NCBI GenBank assembly: GCA_004431415.1
Contig: QPMI01000451.1
Location: 1 to 64,000, forward strand
Reading direction: 5' to 3'
Origin: Cyanophora paradoxa CCMP329
Lineage: Eukaryota; Plantae; Glaucophyta
Length of the DNA: 64,000 nt
Shown piece after piece: positions 36,206 to 46,099 of this stretch. The notes beneath the pieces were generated by a model. It had not been told where the DNA came from. It made no database searches and worked only from the letters and a program-made list of their open reading frames with translations. Every line of letters begins with the position of its first letter. The stretch's first letter is position 1. The position numbers and the translations under genes are program-made.

Positions 36206-37219
36206 GTTGACGGCACACAGGCTATCAGGGTGCCAGGCCTAGCCTAGTACGTAGGCTGACCGTCGGACCAGTACTGGCGGTTCAGTTGAAGCCGAGTACT
36301 ACTAGCGCTAGCTATAGCGCCAGCGCTAGCTGTAGGCTAGTACTAGTACTAGATCGAGAGACGGTACGGCGCGCCACAGCTAGCGAGCTCGCGCTCGCTC
36401 GCCTTTGCGCTGAAGCTTAGAAAATTTTGGGCTCACGCGGTCGTTCCACGTGTTCTGTCCGGACAACCTGTACCCAGCTGTCCAGCCAAGTAGTCAGAGC
36501 TCTCCAATCCTGCGGCGCTTGGGCCCCGTGCTTCTCAGAGCACTTGATGGAGGCCAGCGTGTGCGTTCTGTGCTCTCGGGGAGCCGCCGCTTCGTTCCCG
36601 CCGATGCAGAAGTGCGTCTCGGTCGGCGACCCCTCTCTCCGCGGAGCGGCTAGCTGGAGAGCTCTCCCGATGCCGCGCGCTTACACTGCGGTGCGCAGGC
36701 TCGGTTGCTGTGGCCGGCAACCTTCGAGAGCTCGATGGCACCCAAGCTGAACCACCTCGCCGCATCGCGGAGGTGCTGGCTCCCTCTTTCGCAGCTCTTT
36801 CGCTTACACTTACACTTTCGCTAGACCGTGCCGCACAGCCTCGCGCTCATTTCCCCACGTTCGCAGAACTTCGGCGTCGGCGCAGGTTCCGGGATCTGCG
36901 ACCGCGCCTCCCGCAGCTCGAGCCGGCGTCTGCGGCGACCCGCGCATGCATCTAGATCCTATTCTGAAACCCGTGCGTCGATCCGGGTCCCGGGCTCGCG
37001 TTCCTGCGCCTCCCGGACCCTCACACTGCTCCTGTTTGCATCCTAGCTAAGACCTTCCTCGCCCGCAGCCGGTCTCGTCCTCGGCACATTGTGAGCGGCA
37101 TCAGTGGAGCTGGAGTTCCGCACTTTATGCAGGCCCGTGCGCCCTTTCCCGCCCCGCCCCGCCCAGCCCCGCCCCGCCTCGCGTGCGCTATAGCTAGCTA
37201 ACCCTGTCGCGCGCGCCGC

Positions 37220-38149
37220 AGAGGGTTCGTAGCCGGAGGGCTCGCAGGCCGCGGCCCGGACACCTCCGCCGCCGTCGGCGCCGACATCGAGAACGGCCGG
37301 CTGGACGAGACCCTCGCCGGCTTCGGCTCCTGGTGCCGCCCCTACTCCTACAAGCTCGGCGGCGTCTGGCAGACCTACATCCGCGGCATCGTCCCAAGGC
37401 CCCGCTCTCCCTCGGCGAGAGCCAGCCGGCGCTGGAGGCGATCGCGATCCCCGTCGCCCAGTTCAAGGACCCGGCGCCCGACGTCGGGCCCTTCCTCGTC
37501 AAGCCCCACACCAAGGGCAAGGGCAAGCGCACCCGCAACTCGGCGCCGGCCTTCCTCCCGCCCCAGCCCCCGCCACGGCCCCCAGCAGCGCCCCGGCCAG
37601 CAGCGCATCGACGAGATGCTGCCGCGCCAGGTCCGGCCCCGCGTACCCCCCGCCTTCCCTGTACCTCCCTCCCCTCGCCCCGTTCCTGATCCAAGGGCAG
37701 GGTACCTCGGCCTCCCCCGCGAGCGCCGACGGCCCCAGCCCCGTCCCCGGCCCCGGCCACGTCCTCTCCGCGATCCAGGGCTTCGGGCCCAGCAGGAGGC
37801 CGAGCGGCAGGCGCTGGCGGCGCGCCAGGCGCGCGAGGCGGAGGCGCGGCGCCAGGGCCGCCGGGCCCAGCGCCTCCAGCGCACCCTCGCCTTCCGCGCC
37901 GAGCTGGAGGCGGGCTTCCGCGCGGATCAGATCGCCGGCGCGGAGGCCTCGGAGCGCTGGCGGGCGTTCGAGGCGGAGACGGCGGGGCTGGCGAAGGGCC
38001 TCGGCTACAGCTACCGGCGCGTGCCCGTGCCCAAGGACTACGCGTCGGCCGCGGCGCTGGAGGCCTCGCGGGCGGAGATCGACGCGGCGGAGGACGTGGT
38101 GGCGGAGACGGAGGCCCACGCCGAGACCTTCCGCCACCTCCACCACTGA
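37220..38149 (+). CDS. Hypothetical Pro-rich/coiled-coil protein, frameshifted or spliced; start uncertain
   Basis: Coding-like segments in successive frames ending ...AETFRHLHH*. Confidence 0.5.
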   Translation, partial: RGFVAGGLAGRGPDTSAAVGADIENGRLDETLAGFGSWCRPYSYKLGGVWQTYIRGIVPRPRSPSARASRRWRRSRSPSPSSRTRRPTSGPSSSSPTPRARASAPATRRRPSSRPSPRHGPQQRPGQQRIDEMLPRQVRPRVPPAFPVPPSPRPVPDPRAGYLGLPRERRRPQPRPRPRPRPLRDPGLRAQQEAERQALAARQAREAEARRQGRRAQRLQRTLAFRAELEAGFRADQIAGAEASERWRAFEAETAGLAKGLGYSYRRVPVPKDYASAAALEASRAEIDAAEDVVAETEAHAETFRHLHH

Positions 38150-38198
38150 GCTCTCCGAGGCGGTATTTTTTCTCAACCCCTTCCAATTCGGTCCCGCG

Positions 38199-38390
38199 AT
38201 GGCCTTCGCTGACAGCTACCCACAGCACTACACCCTTGGAGCCCTCGCCGCGACCCTCACCTGGCTCCTCGGCGGCACCCCCACCGCCTCGGCCGTCATA
38301 GGCGTGGGGTTCGGGTACGCCGCCAAGAGCCTCTACGCCCCCGGCTCCGTCTCGATGGCGACGGCCGGCATGCGCCCCGCCGGGCGCTAA
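38199..38390 (+). CDS. Small hydrophobic protein (63 aa)
   Basis: Two Gly/Ala-rich hydrophobic stretches; coding-like codon usage. Confidence 0.55.
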   Translation: MAFADSYPQHYTLGALAATLTWLLGGTPTASAVIGVGFGYAAKSLYAPGSVSMATAGMRPAGR

Positions 38391-38500
38391 GTTAACTCTC
38401 CCTTTTCAAATGTTCTATTCCCCCCTTTCCCTTTTCCAAGTTGCTCAAGTCCGTCGACGTTCCCTTTTAAATTTTCTTCATTCACGTTACACGTCTGAAC

Positions 38501-38986
38501 ATGCCGAACGCCGTAGAGAAGCTGTTGTGTACGGTGTTCAAATCGGACTCGCGCTGCAGCAAGATCGGCGAGGCTGCCAAGGGCGGGGGCGGGGCGAAGG
38601 TCGAGGGGCCTAAGCTAAGGGGCGCGGACCCGGCGCCGCCGGCGCTGAAGTCGATTAAGGCCGCGGGCAAGGGCCGCGGCGTCGGGCCCCTGCCCCTCGT
38701 GGCGATCGCCCCCGGCCAGAGGGAGGCGGCGCACGCGGCGACGGCGGCGCTGGCCTCGCAGCAGCAGAGGGAGGGGGCGCCGCGCCTGAGCGCCGGCATC
38801 TGGTCGCAGCCTGCGCCCGCGCGCGAGTACGGCGTCAGCGCCTTCTTCGACGGCGCGAACGAGCTGAGCCGCCAGGAGATCTGGGCCTGGGAGGCGCGGC
38901 GCGCGGTCGACGGGCACCTGCCGCTGCTTGTGGCGCTCGGCGGCTCGCTCCTGATGGTCTGGTACCTGCGCGGCCTCGCCATTTAG
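38501..38986 (+). CDS. Hypothetical protein with C-terminal membrane anchor (161 aa)
   Basis: Ends LPLLVALGGSLLMVWYLRGLAI. Confidence 0.6.
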   Translation: MPNAVEKLLCTVFKSDSRCSKIGEAAKGGGGAKVEGPKLRGADPAPPALKSIKAAGKGRGVGPLPLVAIAPGQREAAHAATAALASQQQREGAPRLSAGIWSQPAPAREYGVSAFFDGANELSRQEIWAWEARRAVDGHLPLLVALGGSLLMVWYLRGLAI

Positions 38987-39012
38987 ATAGATTTTCGAAG
39001 CGCTAGCTAAAG

Positions 39013-39288
39013 ATGGGCTGGGTGGACGCCGTGCTCACCAAGGTCTTCGGCCCGAAGAGCGCGCAGCCGCCGCCGAGCTTCAACCTGGCCGCGGCGATCA
39101 GCACGACGATCGAGCGCAAGAACAACGAGCTCATCCTAAAGAACGACGGCAAGCTTCCCTGGGCCGACGTGGCCGCGGGCGCGCTCGGCAGCACGCTGAC
39201 GGGAATCGATCGGACGGGCGCCGCGGGCGTGAAGGTCGGGCAGGCGTGCAGATTTCCGTACCCCTCTACATGTCTGCCCGGTGGTTAG
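39013..39288 (+). CDS. Hypothetical protein (91 aa, MG start)
   Basis: 26 bp after the previous stop; coding-like codon usage. Confidence 0.5.
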   Translation: MGWVDAVLTKVFGPKSAQPPPSFNLAAAISTTIERKNNELILKNDGKLPWADVAAGALGSTLTGIDRTGAAGVKVGQACRFPYPSTCLPGG

Positions 39289-39353
39289 GGACTTGGCGCG
39301 GCAAACTCTCAGATCCAGAGAAAGTCTGGGCCCAGACCCTGAGTCTAACTCTT

Positions 39354-39395
39354 CCCAAGTCCCAAGTCCCAAGTCCCAAGTCCCAAGTCCCAAGT
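39354..39395. repeat. (CCCAAGT)6 telomere-like array
   Basis: Perfect heptamer array flanked by an 11-bp inverted repeat (39290-39300 / 39404-39414). Confidence 0.95.
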
Positions 39396-39472
39396 CCCAG
39401 GATCGCGCCAAGTCATAACTGAATAGTCGGCCAATTTTTACAAGTATGTACAATGGAATGACGCAATACTAT

Positions 39473-40504
39473 TTACAGCATCTCAAAGTCAGAGTCATCG
39501 TCATCGGAAACCAACTCAATGAGGCCCTCGGGCGCCGACTTAAGGGGAATGCGGGGAAGGGCCTGCGCTGCCTGCACCAAGTCCTGCCGCTCGCGCTCGC
39601 GCTGCGCCGCCAAGGCCGCTGCCGCCTCTGCCTCGCGCTGCTGCTGAGCCTCGATGCGCGCCTTGAGCTCGGCTGCCTCCTTCTGCTTGCGCTCGGCGAT
39701 CCGCGCCTTGTTGATCTGGTACTGGACAAGGCGCTCGTGGCGCCGCTTGCGCTCCAACTCCTTGCGGAGCTCGTTGCAGAGGACGCGCTTCTCAATGGTC
39801 TTGACGTGCTGAGTCAGGCGCTCGCTGTAGTGTGACGTCACACGAGAACGGGCAATGCCAGCGCCGAGCTTCAAGTCCTTGGCGTTTTCCTTGGCGGGGT
39901 CCTTGACGCGCTCGGAGTTGTCGGTGAATGACGTAGTCTCCATGAACTTCTTCTTGACGATTGACTTGGTCTTGATAATGCGGCGCTTGCGAGTCGGGTT
40001 TTCGTTGTCGCCTTCAGAGTCAGAAGACGACTCAGAGTCGTATGGAATCGGCACGTCAAAGTCGATGAAGTCGTTGATGTCAGACTCGGCGTCAGAGGCC
40101 TCGGACTTGGCGTCATCGGCGGGCTGAGGGGCGGGCTCGGCGACGGGCTGAGGGGCAGGCTCGGGGGCAGATGACGACGATGACGGAGGGGGGTAATTCG
40201 TGAAGGCTTGAGGGGGGTTGGCCCAGGCGAGTGTCTCGGCGGCAGACTCGGCTTGAAGCTGGAGCATTTCGGGAGTTGGGACGAATGACGGCGCGGGCTT
40301 GGGCTCGGGATTCTTGACGTCATCCTTGCGGAAAAGGCCAAGGTAGCAGACGCCGTTCAAGCCGTGGTAGGAGCCGTAGTTGTACCCCAGTGCCTTCGCG
40401 CGACGCTCCATGGCAGGGGTAGGCCAAAGTCCGGACTTGTGCAGATTGCGAGCCTTGGCAAAGTCCTTGGCAAGCTCAGAGGGAATCTCAGAGACAGGCG
40501 ACAT
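39473..40504 (-). CDS. Hypothetical acidic/coiled-coil protein (~343 aa)
   Basis: Long clean ORF. The ATG at 40504 follows a polypyrimidine tract and CAG acceptor, so the ORF-track extension to 40636 is probably UTR/intron. Confidence 0.7.
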   Translation of the reverse strand: MSPVSEIPSELAKDFAKARNLHKSGLWPTPAMERRAKALGYNYGSYHGLNGVCYLGLFRKDDVKNPEPKPAPSFVPTPEMLQLQAESAAETLAWANPPQAFTNYPPPSSSSSAPEPAPQPVAEPAPQPADDAKSEASDAESDINDFIDFDVPIPYDSESSSDSEGDNENPTRKRRIIKTKSIVKKKFMETTSFTDNSERVKDPAKENAKDLKLGAGIARSRVTSHYSERLTQHVKTIEKRVLCNELRKELERKRRHERLVQYQINKARIAERKQKEAAELKARIEAQQQREAEAAAALAAQRERERQDLVQAAQALPRIPLKSAPEGLIELVSDDDDSDFEML

Positions 40505-40950
40505 CTGCGCAAAGGGAAAAGAGATCAGCAAAGGCAAAACGTGAGGTGACTGAGAGAGCGGACTTGTGAAAATTCGGAGAGGCAGAGTTTGCTTGGGCTG
40601 AGAGAAGGCGGCGAACCCGTTGTAAGAGTGAGCCAAAATGGCGGCGGACCGCGGTTTTGTGGGCGAATTTTTTCCTGGGCTAGTTTGCAGCAGAAACGTT
40701 GCGAACTGGCCTGAAAAAAGCCAAATTTGGCCTTTTCTTACGTTTCTCCCCCCTTCCTTCGCTGCAAACTGGACCTAAAAAAATGTTGGGCCGAAGGAAA
40801 TCTCACGGAAAACGTCCCTTCTCCCCCCTGTTTTGCTGCAAACTGGACCGCAAAAAAGTTGGACCGAAGCCCCCCTACCCCGCTGAGCCGGCCTGACGGA
40901 AATCGCCCGAGTGCGTCCGCCGAAGGTCGAGTCTCGGGGTTGGGTGTACC

Positions 40951-41370
40951 CTACATCCCGGGGCTGTACCCCTCCCTCTCGATGAGCCCTACCCCGGTGC
41001 GAAGGGCTGTCCGCTCGTCCCGTGCCTCCCTGCGATGTCTCATGCGCCGTCCCCGTCGAACAATAGCCCTGTCTTCATGTGGTACGTGTCGATGATTGTT
41101 AGGGTTGTCGTAGCCTGGCCCCACCAGCCTCACGAAATTTTCGCGTATGGCCTCGGGGAGACTTTGGAAACGGTTCGTCGCGTGGAACTCAATCCATTCA
41201 TTGAATCGACGCGGATATTGACGGACGATTTCGAGGACGCCCTGTGTGTTGGGCACTGGTCTTATTCCGGGGATGTCATGTCCTGTGATGTGCCAACGCC
41301 AGAACTCGCGCAACCTCTCGAATGCCATATTCAACTCAAAGGGGAAATCGTAATAGGGCTCGTCTGCCAT
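40951..41370 (-). CDS. Hypothetical protein (~139 aa, MADEPYYDFPF...)
   Basis: Protein-like intronless ORF downstream of the heptamer array. Confidence 0.6.
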   Translation of the reverse strand: MADEPYYDFPFELNMAFERLREFWRWHITGHDIPGIRPVPNTQGVLEIVRQYPRRFNEWIEFHATNRFQSLPEAIRENFVRLVGPGYDNPNNHRHVPHEDRAIVRRGRRMRHRREARDERTALRTGVGLIEREGYSPGM

Positions 41371-41428
41371 TTTTCTCCCCTTCCGAAAATTTCCCCGCTT
41401 TTGAGTCCAGACTCTGACTCCGACTCTT

Positions 41429-41477
41429 CCCAAGTCCCAAGTCCCAAGTCCCAAGTCCCAAGTCCCAAGTCCCAAGT
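41429..41477. repeat. (CCCAAGT)7 telomere-like array
   Basis: Perfect array sharing a ~22-bp upstream flank with the 39354 array. Confidence 0.95.
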
Positions 41478-41908
41478 CGCATTTTTCTCCCATTTTGACT
41501 CGAGATTTTACCCAAGTCCAAATCCGGCCCCGGGATTCGAACCCTCGTTTTGGGTCGATTTCACGCGTGAAAAACGCACTTTTCGGCCTTTTCCGATTTT
41601 TCCTTTCTCGCGATCGCAGAAATGCCCCCGATCTCGAAATCGCGATCGAAAAGGGTCGCGATCGGGAGAAAATCGCGATCGCCAGGGTCGCGATCGGCTC
41701 GTGATCGTCGCGATCGCCAGCCTCGGAAGGGGTACCCCCACAGCTGTTGCGGCGGTTATAAGAACCTCCGCAATCCAAGCGTCACTTCCGAGTCTCGAGC
41801 TCTCGGAGTTGACTTTTCGCGTTTGGCCCATTGATGGTCCTCCTATATATTTAAAGCTTTCGAATAGGGGTACAAGTTGTCCAGTAGGGTACAAGTTGAC
41901 CACTGACG

Positions 41909-43024
41909 ATGCGGTCCGCCGGCGCGGCGCTCGCGCTGCTGGCGCTTGTGTTTTCGCACGTAGCGATTTCCACCGTCGCCGCCGGTTCGATCCCTATCCG
42001 TCTAGCATCATAGCATGGGGCTTCTATGGGCGCCTCCGGTTCGAACTCTTACCTTCTAGCTGAGGGGCCAGACGAGAAAAGAGGGCTGCGTTCGTGCCTA
42101 GAACGCTCAACGAATCGCCTGTGATTATGGATGGTTGCGTCCTGAGCTGTACTAACACCCCTCATGATCATGCAGCTGCGAAGAAACCCACCAAAGCCGC
42201 GGCGCCGAAGAACGAGACCAAGCCGACTGCGACTCCAACACCGAGCCCCTCGCCCGTGCCTGCCAGTTCGGAGGACGAAAAAGAGGAGCAGGCGGCCGCG
42301 GAGGAGGAAGCCGCAGCCAAGGAAGAGGGCTCAGAAGAGGAGGCCGCGACTAAGGAGGAGGGCTCCGAAAAGGCAGACGACAAGAAACCTGCAGAGGGCG
42401 CTGAAAAGAAGGAGGAGACCGCAAAGCCCGCCGACAAGGAGGCGGAGGACAAAAAGCCCGCTGAGGGCTCCAAGGTGCGCTTCCCTAATGTATACAGCAG
42501 CTGGTTGTAATACGAATGCGCGCCTCAGGAGGAAGCTCCCAAGGCTGAGGAGAAGAAAGAAGAGGCGAAGCCTGCAGAGGGTTCCGAGAAGAAGGAGGAA
42601 GAAAAGAAGAAAGGTCCCCGCCCCGTACCCTTTTTGTCCGCACCGTACCCCCCTTCGACCGTCGTGGGCCTGCAGAGGGCGAGGAGAAGCCGAAGGAGGA
42701 TAAGAAGCAGGAGGAGGCTAAGCCAGCTGAGGCCCCTGAAAAGAAGGAGAGTGAAGAAAAGAAGCCAGCGGATGAGAAGAAAGAGGGGGATGAGGAGAAG
42801 AAGAGTGATGAGAAGAAGGGCGAGAAAGGTAAGACATGCAGTGTTCCAGGCCAGCGTTTCTATTTCGATTTGAATTAGGACCGGCTGCAGAGAGCGAAAC
42901 CAAAGGCGAGAAGGAGGGGGGGCCAACTCCGTCACCTTCTCCGCTCCCGGCCGTCATTGAGAACATTACACCTGGAATCGGCTCGACTGTGGGAGGGCAA
43001 AAAATCACTGTGTATGGGGTGTGC

Positions 43025-43065
<41 letters not shown>

Positions 43066-44727
43066 TTGGAGCTAGTTTGGACCTCCTTTTATTCCAATTT
43101 GGAGCTAGTTTGGAGCTTGATAGAACTAGCTCTTCTATTTGGACAACGCCACATAAATCGAATCGAAGGCAAATATAATCGAATCCGAGCGAAGCTTATG
43201 CTCTGTTTAAAGCGACGTTGAATCTGAAGCATCTGAATTTGATTTACATCTATTTGACTTCGCCAACAGCGCAACTTTCCCACTCCGCCGAGCTCGGACG
43301 ATGAGCCCGATGTGATCTGTCAGGTGAGCTTAAGTTTAGGTGCGCAGATGGCTTGGGCGACTTTAATTTGGGTGCGCAGATGAATGGGCAACACATTGAC
43401 ACAAGAGATTACAATGACCAGGTCAATATCAGTATCTTCAAAGCAAATCAAACTTAATGTCGAATTTTCGATACCAGTACGTGGAGTGTGTGACGCCAGC
43501 GCACCCCGAGGAAGGCGACGTTGAAATCACGGTCTTCTTGCCAAAGCGCAACATCACGACGAACTCGTGGAACTTCCGATATATAGCTGGCATTTTCGAT
43601 TCCGGAAGTTCCTTCTTGATCATTGCTTACACACTTAACAGCCCCTGTTATAGAGAGTGTCGAACCAGACGCATTGCAGTTCAATGGCGACGCCTTGGTC
43701 ACCGTCCTTGGTCGGGTTCGAGCTGCCCCCCGTTTTCCCAACCCCGCCCAACCAAAACAGAGCATCTGAATCAAAGTCCGAGCCTATCCAGCTAAATCTT
43801 CTGACCAACTTAAACCTGCATGACCAAACCTAATTCGATATGAAAATCAACGTCAGACCCCACTAAACCAAATTGAAATCATCTAAAATGCTGGCAGAAC
43901 TTTAAAAACAATCGCGAGATCCGTTGCCGTTTCTCGGCAAAAAGAAATCAATATGAAAGCGATGCAACGTGGATCTCCTCGCAAAAAGTGGTGCGTGTTG
44001 ACCTGCCATGCAGGCAACGCGGAATCAAACGTCCACAGACATGCCCACTCCCACGGAGCGTGGTGCCCATGGAGCGGGTTGTGGTGGAAATCAGTGCTGA
44101 GACGGAGGCGAGTGGCTCGAATTGGGTTGGTGGCGCTCGGAACATGATCAGATTTTCGGACCGTGTGTTGCCCCGCCACTTTCCCTCTCCACCTGCTCAG
44201 ACCTGGCTTACCCCCTCCACAGCATGTAACGACAATTACCGGACTTGCAGAGAGTGCGTCGTGCACGGATGCGGGTTCTGCTATTTTGATGAGGAATGCC
44301 GGACTCCTAGCCCCAACGGGGGTTTTCTTGAGTGGTCCAAGTGCAATGCACAGGTGTGATATCATTCTTTGTTTCAAATTTGGTTTGTGCACAAACAATC
44401 TTGCAGGAGTGGGTCGCCCCACGCAACCAGGGAGACTGTGGCCGGTTCGAAAATCGGCCCCGGGGGTACAATTCGGGTGCCTTCGCACTGGCTGTGATCC
44501 TGGCCATCGGCGTCTTTGCTGGGGGAGCTGGATGTTTCATCATGCGCCGCCGCAACGCTGGCAGCGGCCCAGTGCTGCCCATCACCCGCCCGGCATTCGG
44601 GAGTTCTGAAGGGGGAGTCCCTTCTGCGCGACAAGAAACACGACCACTGATGGCAGACCGGGCTGGTGGAAACTGGGACGAGAACTGGGACGAGAACTGG
44701 GACGACCCCCGGCGCCCACGATCGTGA
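41909..44727 (+). CDS. Type I membrane protein: signal peptide, Glu/Lys-rich repeats, IPT/TIG, PSI-like domain, TM
   Basis: MRSAGAALALLALVF; IENITPGIGSTVGGQKITVYG..VECVTPAH; CRECVVHGCGFC; AFALAVILAIGVFAGGAGCFIMRRR. Confidence 0.75.
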
Positions 44728-44752
44728 TCATGATCACTGCCATTCGCAATCG

Positions 44753-44809
44753 TGCTCTTTCTAAGCGACGGGCGCGCCGGACCTCCTACCTACAGCGCTT
44801 TAACTGTAC
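44753..44809 (-). repeat. Truncated family-1 repeat copy
   Basis: Matches the 3' half of 18283-18383. Confidence 0.85.
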
Positions 44810-45312
44810 TTTAATTTGTAATTCTCGCTCGAGCTCACCGATTCGAAATAATACGTTTACTAGTTGGAATCGTACGTAATACCGTACTACGTAACCGTAG
44901 TACGTTAATACGCTCGAGCTCACCGATTCGAAACAATAACAATCGTGTCCCCATATGGCACGTAAAATTTGACGTTGTATTGGAAGGTTTTATGAAGAAC
45001 ATAATATTCCAGGGAAAGGGGGTAAGACGTTCCATCGTTGCATTCAGTGTGGGCACATGATGTAAGCTAGTGGCTAGCTGTGACCTACGCTTAGTCCCGT
45101 AGGTTCATCTCTCGACTTGACACAGATGGACACCCCAGTTATATCTCTAGCCATTCTCGGTGTGTGCGAAATCATTTACGCCTAGCGCTAGCGCTGTGAC
45201 CTACGCCTGTCGGGGCTACTTTTTGGGGGCTCTGCAGCTGCAGCTGAAGCCGGGGCAATGTGCATGCGCCAGGCTGGCCAGTGGCTGGCGCCACGCGTAC
45301 CGTAGTAGTACG

Positions 45313-45855
45313 CCGTGACGGTGACATGGACGGTTTTTCGCTGTCGCCAATTTGTATGGCGGCCTTATGATCGGAGGCTTACGATCGGCCTTACGAATAA
45401 TTCTCGGTCGTGACATCACCATCATCATGACGTAGGCTTAATTCTGTAAGCAAATTTTAACCTCGTAAGCTTACAGCCGGGAGCGAGTTTTGCCAAATTC
45501 ACTCCCGCGCGTAAGGCTAGGATCCGGGAGCTAGCTATAGAGCTGTAGCTATAGCCTACGTTTGTAAGCTGGTGCTGACGGCGATGCGCCAAAGTGTGCG
45601 TGCATGCATACGCAGCGCCGTACAGCCTTGCCGAGCTACTTCAGCACGCTAGAGCGGCGTTTGACGCTACGGCGCTGCCCTCAACGGTCACTTAGGGGGT
45701 ACCGTCACCGTCGCGCTAAGACTCGACCGGGCTCGTCCACGCCCAAGATTTCACGGCGACGACGCCTTACTGCAGGAAATGACATCATAGTTTTTTTCAG
45801 TGTTAATTTCCGCTCCGTGCGTAAGCCGACAGCGAAAAACCGTCATGAGCACGGT
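45313..45855. mobile_element. MITE-like element
   Basis: Terminal inverted repeats gacggtttttcgctgtcg (45329-45347) and cgacagcgaaaaaccgtc (45827-45845). The internal tccgtgcgtaagc motif also occurs near 28.69 and 28.86 kb. Confidence 0.6.
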
Positions 45856-46099
45856 TAACGCGTACGTATATATACGTATACGTATACGCGTTAACAGTGA
45901 TCATCATGCCATGCATATAACCTATGCTGCGACGCGCTCGCGCGCGTTAGCGCTCGGGCGCTTGAAGACACGCGTACCGTAGTACGTACGCGTCGACGCC
46001 GACCGTCGGACGTCCGACGTCGCCACAGCGACTGTACCCCAGGGCCTGACGTTCGACCTGATCGATTGGCGGGGGCTCGGAAGCCGCTCTCAAATTAAA

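Larger units (their letters stand above)
29460..41900. mobile_element. Integrated virus/plasmid-like element (UL9-like helicase, YqaJ exonuclease, GNAT, orphan ORFs)
   Basis: Tightly packed, mostly intronless ORFs between intron-rich host genes. Viral-type enzymes, internal palindromes and telomere-like arrays. Weak direct repeat at 29486-29511 and 41795-41820. Confidence 0.7.

Noticed and set aside
36427-37200. Possible gene between the palindromes and the 37.2-kb ORF
   Set aside because: Only short discontinuous frames; no motif or splice model I can support.
29460-41900. Assignment of the island to Polinton/PLV, Helitron or herpesvirus
   Set aside because: No pPolB, capsid, packaging ATPase, integrase or HUH-Rep motifs recognised. 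UL9-like and YqaJ genes alone are not diagnostic.
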